From positions 6,184,918-6,248,917 of the forward strand of contig OZ252299.1 of the NCBI GenBank assembly GCA_965250285.1: 64,000 bases of DNA, in the 5' to 3' direction. The notes under the pieces are model-generated. The model was not told the origin of the DNA. It worked only from the letters and a program-made list of their open reading frames with translations, and ran no database searches. The number at the start of each line of letters is the position of its first letter. Position 1 is the first letter of the stretch. A program made the position numbers and the translations under genes. Positions 25,901 through 34,900 of the stretch are shown one piece after another. The DNA comes from Myxococcota bacterium (GTDB lineage Bacteria; Myxococcota_A; UBA9160; UBA4427).

Positions 25901-28900
25901 GATGCTCATGGACAAGAGCGGTCCGACCCAGGCGACTGTCGGCGTGCCGGTGACCTACACCCTCGACGTCACGAACACGGGCGACGGTCCGGCGTTCGGG
26001 ATGACGCTCTCGGATCTGCTCCCCGACACCGTCGACGGCGGCACATGCGACGTCGCGCCGACGAACTTCGGCGCGGGCGTGTTCGAATCGAACGGCACGA
26101 CCCCGGTCTCGGGTCCGCTCGCGGAAGGCGCCGACTTCACGGTGACGTTCACCCCGGCGCCGACGTGCCGAGTCGACATCGCGTTCACGGGGACCAACGC
26201 CGTGGTCGGTGCGACCGAACGTCTGATCGTGACGTATGACGCCGCGCTCGACCTCGATACCTCGGATTCGGCCGCGCTCACCAACGTCGCCGGCGCCACC
26301 CAGTGGTTCAGCGCCGAAGGCGCCGACGCGCGGTCGTACACGGGTGCGCTGACCGACGGCACGATCGGCACCGACGACGAGCAGGATGCGACGACCGTCG
26401 CGACGGCACTGCCGCTCTACCGCTTCGAAAAGACGGTGATCAACGTGACGACGGGCCAGGATCCCGCCGTCGACGCGTCGCCGGGCGACACGCTGCGCTA
26501 CCGCCTCGAGGTCGAGAACCTCGGCAGCGTCGCAGGCAGCCCGTTCACCCTCGTCGACGAGCTCGATGCGCTCAACGTCGCGCCCGTCTTCGCACCGGGC
26601 AGTCTCACGATCGTCTCGGCGCCGGGTACCGACGGTTCGAGCGCGACGGGGGGTGCCAACGGCACTGGCCTCGTCAGCATCGCCGACCTGAGCCTGCCGA
26701 ACCTCGGCGATTCGCTCTTCGTCGAGTTCGAGGCGACGCTCGCACCCGTGGTGGCCGCAGGCACGGTGGTCACCAATCAGGGTCAGCTCGTGGTGGGCGG
26801 AAGTCCGTTCGCCCTGAGTGACGATCCCAACGTCGGTGCGCCCCCCGATCCGCTCGTGTTCGGCGACGAAGATCCGACGACGGTGACGATTCAGTCGGCC
26901 CCTGACTTCCTCATCCAGAAGACCTCGGCGTACCTCGACGGTGACCCGGCGGTGCTGCTCGCGGGCGAGCGCATCCAGTACACGATCACCGTGAAGAACG
27001 TCGGCAGCGACGACGCCGCCGATGCGACGCTGCGCGACGCGGTCCCGGCCGGCACGACCTACGTGCCGGGCAGTACGACCTTGAACGGGACGGCGGTGAC
27101 CGATGGAGCGGGCGGGACCTCGCCACTCGCGACCGGTCTCTTGATCTACGCGCCCGAGGATCCGACGCCGGGCGCCATGCGCGCCGACGACTCGGCGACG
27201 ACGACCAACGTTGCGACGCTCGTCTTCGAGGTGCTCGTCGACCCGGCCGCCGCGGACGGCACCGTCATCGCCAACCAGGCTTTCGTGAGCGCCGTTGGTG
27301 GAGGCGTCGTCGATCAACCCTCGGACGATCCTTCGACGCCGCTCGCAGACGATCCGACCCGAGATGTCGTCGGCAATCTGCCGCTGCTCTTCGCGTCGAA
27401 GGATGTCGTGATCGTCGTCGATGGCGGTACGGTCGGTGTCGCCGATCCGGGCGACCGGCTCCGCTACACGATCGCGGTGCAGAACACCGGCTCGATCCCG
27501 GCGACCGTCGCTCAGCTCGTGGACGCCGTGCCGGCGAACACCACCTATGTGGCGGGCAGCACGACGCTCAACGGCCTGGCCGTACCGGATGGCGCCGGCG
27601 GGACGTCGCCGCTCATCGCGGGCATCGACATCGCGTCGACGTCGGGTACGCCGCCGCTCCCGGCAGCCGGGGCGGGCGTGCTCGCGCCCGCTGAGACGGC
27701 CACGATCGTGTTCGATCTCGACATCGATGCCGGCGTCGCGTCGGGGACGATCATCAGCAATCAGGCGACGGTCCAGACGGCCGAGCTGCCCAACCTGCTC
27801 ACCGATGGCGACGGCAACCCGTCGACCGGCCCCGAGCCGACGGTCATCGTGGTCGGGGACGCGCAGGTGCTCACGATCTCGAAGAACGTCATCGTCGTGG
27901 GTGGCGGCGCAGCCCTCGCGGGCGCTGACCTCGAGTACGAGGTCATCGTCAGCAACCCGGGTACGCTGCCGGCGCAGAACGTCATCATCACCGACGATCT
28001 CGGGTTGCCGGTGCCGGGTCAGCTGACCTACGTCCCCGCCAGCGCGACCATGAACGGCCTGCCGGCCGGCATCGCCGTCGTCGGTTCGCTGATCACCGCC
28101 GACTACTCGACCCTGAATGGTCCGCTCGGACCGGGTGAATCGATCACTCTGCGCTTCCGCGCGACCCTCGACGGCGCACTCGCCATCGGGACCGTCGTCT
28201 CGAACACGGCGACCGTCGCCTGGAATGCGCCGGTCCAGACCGAAAGCGCGACCGTGACGATCACCGTTGGTGGCATGCCCGGGGCAGGTGTGTTGTCGGG
28301 TGCGCTCTGGCAGGACATCGACTTCGACCTCGTCCAGGGCGGCGCCGAGCGCGCCCTCGACGGCTGGACCGTCGAGCTGCTCCGCTCGGGCGTGGTGGCG
28401 TTCACGACGCTCACCGACGCAGCCGGCGGATGGGCGATGTCGGGGATCCAGCCGAACGACATCACGGGCGAGGCGTACGCCGTTCGCTTCAGCGCGCCGC
28501 AGGCGGTCGCGACGACCGCGTCGTTGGGCAACACCGATTCCGCGTTCACCGATGGCCCGCAGCTGATCAGCAACGTGCTGGTTTCGTCGGGCTCGGTGCT
28601 CGCCGATCTCAACCTGCCGATCCAGCCGAACGGCGTCGTCTACGACTCGATCGAGCGCGTTCCGATCCCGGGCACGGTGCTCCAGATGCGCAACGCCAAC
28701 ACGGGCGTCGCGCTGCCGAGTGCATGCTTCGACGATCCGGCGCAGCAGGGGCAGGTGACCCTGGCCGACGGCCTGTACAAGTTCGATCTCAACTTCTCCG
28801 ACCCGGCGTGTCCGAGCGGAGGGGGCTACCTGATCGACGTGACGGGCGCGGCGACGGGCTACTCGCCCGGCCTCTCGCTGGTCAACCCGCCGACGACCGA

Positions 28901-31900
28901 CGCGGCCACGGCGCCCTTCGACGTGCCCGGCTGCCCGGGTGGTCTGGGTGATGCGGTGCCGGGCACCGGCGGCGTGTGCGAGATCCAGGCCTCGGAGAAC
29001 CTGCCGCCGGCCACGGTCGCGCCGCGCACCGCGGGCAGCGTCTTCCACGCGCACCTGGTGCTCGACTCGAGCCTCGGCGCTTTCTCGGCCCAGGCCTTCA
29101 ACAACCACATCGCGATGGATCCGGCCCTCGACGCCGCGGTGGCCGTCACCAAGACGACCCCCAACACCGAAGTGGTGCTGGGTCAGCTCGTGCCCTACGA
29201 GATCACCGCGACGAATCAGCTGACCACCGATCTGCTCGACGTCGTGATCGTCGATCGCTACCCGGCCGGTTTCAAATACGTCGACGGCTCGGCCCGCATC
29301 GATGGCGTCGCCATCGAGCCGACTCGGAGCGGTCGCGAGCTGCGATGGCCCGCGATCGACATCCCGCCGGCGGGCAAGGTCAACCTGCAGCTGATCCTTG
29401 CGGTCGGTGCGGGCGTCCGTGAAGCCGAATACGTGAACCGCGCCCAGATCGTGAGCGGCACGGGCGACGTCCCGCTCTCGGGTACGGCGACGGCCACGGT
29501 GCGCGTCGCGCCCGATCCCGACTTCGCGTGCACTGACGTGATTGGCAAGGTCTTCGACGACCACGACCGCGACGGTCACCAGGACGGCGCGGAAGCGGGC
29601 CTCTCGGGCGTGCGCCTGGTGACGCCGCGGGGCCTCGTGGCCACGACCGACGATCACGGTCGCTTCCACATCACCTGCGCCATCGTCCCGGCCGACGGCC
29701 GCGGCAGCAACTTCGTGCTGAAGCTCGACGACCGCACGCTCCCGAGCGGCTATCGCATGTCGACCCGAGCCGTTCAGGTCAAGCGCGCGACGCGCGGTAA
29801 GGCGCTGCGGTTCGGCTTCGGCGCTTCGATCGACCGCGTGGTCGGCCTCGACGTCGCCGACGCGGCCTTCGAGCCCGGCGGTACGGCGCTGCGCCCGCAG
29901 TGGGAAGGCCGCATCGCGCTGCTCGTCGACGAGCTCGAAGAAGACGACTCGACCCTGCGCATCTCGTACATCGGTGACGTCGAGAGCGCCCGCCTCGTCG
30001 ATCGCCGCATGTCGGCTCTGGAGTCGCGCGTGCGCGATGCCTGGCGCGAGCGCAGCGATGCGGCGCTCACGATCGAGAACGAGATCTACTGGCGGCGTGG
30101 CGCGCCGAGTGATCGCTGGAGCCGCTTCGTCCGGCGCCTCAATCCCTGGTCGGGCGACGCCGGCGTGCCGCCCAATGCGGGTGAGATCCTCGAGGCCAGC
30201 AACGGTCAGGCGATCGAGCGCCATCTGCCGCACGACTCCAGCCCGGGTCAGTGGATGACCGATCCCGAGCTGTTCGACAAACAGCGGGGCGACCGCATCG
30301 AGCAGCGCGAGGTCATGAAGGAAGAGGCACGGACCGTCAAGCTGCGCAACGTCGTGCCGCCGATCCGCTTCGACACCGGCGAGGCCGATCTGCCGCCGAG
30401 CTACATCGACAATCTGCGCCGCGTCCTCGACGACATGCAGCACCTGTCGAATGTGCGACTGCACTTCGTGGGCCATGCCGACTCGCAGCCGCTCTCGGGC
30501 CGGCTCGCGAGCGAGTACGGCGACAACGTCGGCCTCTCGCGGGAGCGTTCGGGAGAGGTGGCCGAGTTCGTCCAGCAGGCGCTGGATCTGCAGCCCGAGT
30601 CGATCTCGTTCGCGTGGGCCGGCGACAGCGAGCCGGTCGCGACCAACTCGACGGTCGAGGGCCGCGCGCTCAACCGCCGCGTCGAGGTCGAGGTCTGGTA
30701 CGACGAGTACGACGAGAAGGTCGCGGTCGAAGACGTCGTCGTGAGCGATGACATCAAGCGGGTCAAGGTCTGCCGCGTCGAGACCGTGTGCAAGATGCGC
30801 TTCATCGAGGGGCACAACCGCCGCGCCCGCGTGCGCAACCTCGTCCCGCCGCTGCGCATCGGCGACCGCGGTCTCAGCGTGCCGCAGAGCTTCGTCGATG
30901 AGATCTCGGAGGCACTCGGCAACCTGAGCGACCACAACAACGTGACGGTGAAGCTCGTCGGCTACACCGACTCGGCACCGCTCGCGGGGCGTGAGGCACG
31001 CATCTACGGCACGCACCTCGCGCTGTCGAAGGCCAACGCCCACCGCGCGGCGCTCGCGATCAAGGATGCCCTCGGCCTGCCCAACGCAGCCGTGGCGAGC
31101 GATGGCCGCGGCTCGAGTCGGCCGGTCGCCTCGAACGAGTCGGCGCGCGGTCGCACGCTCAACCGACGCATCGAGGTCGAGTTCTGGTACGACGACCCGC
31201 TGCAGGAGCTCGATGACGATCTGCAGATCTGTCCCGAGGCACTCGGCGACACGATGATCACGAAGGTCTACGACCCGCCGTGGGGTCGCATCCCGTCGCT
31301 CTCGATCGAGGGTGGTGAGCCGAGCATCCCGGTCGATCTCGAGGGTGCGCTGCTGCGCGCGATGAACGACCTCGATGATCGCCAGAACGTGCGGCTCCGC
31401 TTCGTCGGCTATACCGGCAACGAGACCCTCGATCGGCGCACGGCGCTCGTCTACGGCGACGACGTGGGTCTCTCGACGGCGCGCGCGCGCCGCTCGATGG
31501 ATGCCGTCGTGGCCCTCATGGCGCTCGAATCCTCTCAGGCGGAGGCCGAGGGTCGGGGCTACGTCCATTCGGACGACGTCGTGAATGCGGGCTTCACCCA
31601 GGAGGCCGACTCGCTGGTGGTCGTGCAGGTCGTCTACGACGAGCCGGCCGCAAGTGACGACTACGAGGGCGTCGAGATCACGCGGATCACCCGCGAGCTC
31701 GAGCCGCAGGATCCGCTCGCGCTCAACCTGATGCGCATCACCGTCGACGGTGAGCCGGTCGACGATCGCAACCGTAGCTCGGCCGACGTGCAGCGCTGTA
31801 CCGATGTGGCGCTCGAGCGCGCGGCCGTCGAGTTCCGATTCGACTCCCTCACGGCCGACCGGCGCCTTTCGGTGGCGTCCGACGCGCGCATGGTGGCCGC

Positions 31901-34900
31901 CGGCACGGCGGGCGCCGAGGCGGGCGCCGACGCGGCGATCCGATTCAAGGCCTACACCAACTACGGCCACTACATCGAACGCACCGAGGTGCGCGTCTTC
32001 GAGCGCTCGGCTTCGCTCGAGTCGAAGCCGCTGGCCGTGATCGAGGTCGGACCCGACGGCATCGCCGAGTGGCGACCCGAGCCGCGCAACCTGAGCGGCC
32101 CGGTCGAAGAGTTGAAGTTCGTCCTGCGCGCGTATAGCGAGAAGGGTCGCTTCGACGAGACCGTGCCCCAGAGCCTCTGGATGGTGAACGGCACGAGCCG
32201 GGAGATGGCGGCGCGGGCTCCGGGGTCGCCCGCGAACGCCGCCGAGATCCGCGAGGCCGACAAGATGCTCCGCGCGGGTTACGGCGAGACCGACGTGGCG
32301 ATCGCCAACATCGATCTGGGCGGCGCCGGTACCGTGCGCGTGCTCGGGGGCGGCGTGCCCGAGGGCCACAACGTGTGGATCGCAGGCGAGCCCGTGCCAG
32401 TGGCCGAAGGCGGCGAGTTCATTGCCGAGGCCGTGGTGCCCCAGGGCCTGCAGACCGTCGAGGTCGCCATGCTCGACGAAGAGGGCAACGGCGAGCTCTT
32501 CCTGCGTGATCTCGAGGTGAAGAAGAGCGACTGGTTCTACGTCGCGATGGCCGACGTGACGCTTCAGGCCAACCTCGGTGACGGACCGTCTGAGGAGCTG
32601 CAGGGCGAGAATGGGACGATGGATCCCGATTCGTTCGCCGACGGACGCTTCGCGTTCTTCCTGACGGGTCGCTTCGGCAACGACTGGCGGCTGACCGCCA
32701 GCGCCGACACCGAAGAAGGCGAGCTGAAGGATCTCTTCACGAACTTCATGGACAAGTCGCCCGATGCGCTCTTCCGCCGCATCGATCCCGACTATCACTA
32801 CCCGACTTTCGGCGACGACGGCACGGTCGACCAGATGGCACCTTCGTCGGGCAAGTTCTTCGTGAAGCTCGACCAAGGGCCGAACCACGCGATGTGGGGC
32901 AACTTCGGCGTGAGCTACGTCGACAACGAGCTGGCCCGCGTCGAGCGCGGCCTCTATGGCGGTAACCTGCACTACGAGACCGACGCCACGACGAGCTTCG
33001 GCGAGCGGCGCGTGCAGGTCGACGGCTTCGCGGCCGACCCGGGCACGATCTCGAGCCGAGAGGACTTCCGCGGCACGGGCGGCTCGCTCTACTACCTCAA
33101 GCACCGCGACCTGCTGATGGGCTCGGAGCGGCTGCGCATCGAGATTCGTGACAAGGTCACGGGGCTGGTCACGGCGGTCACGTACCTGCAGCCCGACGAA
33201 GACTACGACATCGACTACTTCCAGGGTCGCATCCTGCTGGCGAAGCCGATCTCGGCGACCGCCTCCGACGGGTTGCTGGTGCGCAACGACGGTCTCTCGG
33301 GCAACGAGGCATGGCTCGTCGCGCAGTACGAGTACGCCCCGGGGATCGACGAGATCGATGCGCTCGCGGCCGGTGGTGAGGGCCAGTTCTGGGTCAATGA
33401 CTTCCTGAAGCTCGGCGTCACCGCGTATCGCAACAGCGAGCAGAGCGCCGACAGCAGCCTCTACGGCGCGCATCTGGTCGCGCGGCTCAGCTCGGCCTCG
33501 TGGATGAAGGTGCAGGCGGGCTATAGCGACGGCCTCGTCGGCGCGCAGCTGAGCTCGAACGACGGCGGCTTCGACTTCGACGGCACGACCGCATCGTCGT
33601 TCGCGAATGACGACGCGCTCGCCTTCCGTGGCGATCTGAGCCTCGGGCTCTCCGACGTCTCCGAGGCGCTCGAGGGCGGCCTCACGTTCTACTTCCAGCG
33701 ACTCTACGCCGGCTACTCGGTGCCTGGGCTGTCGGCGCAGAACGACACCGACTTCGTGGGCGGCACGCTCTCGGTGCCGGTGGCCGACCGGCTCGCCGTC
33801 GAGATCAAGGCCGACTACGTCGCCGAGACCGACGGGCTCGTGACCAATACGCAAGAGCTCGACGCGCACTTCGACCTCACCGACGAGATCACGGTGTCGG
33901 CCGGCGTGCGCAACGACGAGCGTGAGGACGACAGCCCGGCGCCGCCCGCGACCCAGCGCGAGGGCGGTCGCACCGACGTCATCGTCGAGGCCGGGTTCGA
34001 CGCCGGTGCGGTCTGGAGCGCCTACGCGTTCGGTCAGGCGACGGTGCGCAAGAACGGCGACCGCGAAGACAACCACCGCGGTGGCGTGGGCGGCCGGGTG
34101 CGCATCAACGATCGGCTCGAGGCCGAGGGTGAGGTGTCGTACGGTGACCAGGGGGCCACGGTCGAGGTGGGCACCAACTACCAGCAGACCGCCGAGACGA
34201 GCCGCTACCTCAGTTACTCGCTCGACAACGAGCGGGCGACGACCGGAGCGAACTCACGCCGCGGCAACCTCACGAGTGGGGCGCGCACGCGACTGTCCGA
34301 CAGCGCGAGCGTGTACCAGGAAGACCGCTACCAGCACAGCGCGTCGGCGAACGGTCTCAGCCGGGCCATCGGTCTCGACTGGGTCGTGAACGAGCGCTGG
34401 ACGCTCGGTGCCGAGTGGGAGTACGGCACGCTGATCGACCCGCAGACGCTCGCCGAGACGAGGCGCAACGCGGGTGGCGGACGCGTGAGCTACCGGTTCG
34501 AAGACCTCTACGTCTCGAGCGGCGTCGAGTACCGATCCGACGACACCCAGCAGCCCGACTCGAGCTGGTCGAAGCGGACGACCTGGCTCTTCCGCAACGA
34601 CGCTCGGCTGCAGGTGACGGACGACTGGCGTCTGCTCGGCAAGTTCAACCACTCGTTCAGCAACAGCTCACTCGGTGAGTTCTTCGACGGGGGCTTCACC
34701 GAGCTCGTGCTGGGCTACGGCTACCGCCCCGTTGCGAACGACAAGCTCGACGTCCTCGCGAAGTACACGTACTTCTTCAACCGCCCGACGACCGACCAGG
34801 TGGGCCAGAACGGGCAGTCGACCCTCTATCTGCAGCGCAGCCACGTCATGTCGGTGGACGTCACCTACGATGTGGCCCGCGACTGGACGTTGGGTGGCAA

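Noticed and set aside
19854..34076. Very long minus-strand ORFs (1582 aa and 2964 aa)
   Set aside because: These are antisense shadows of the giant gene caused by GC-rich codon bias. Their Arg/Val/Gly-rich translations show no recognisable motifs.
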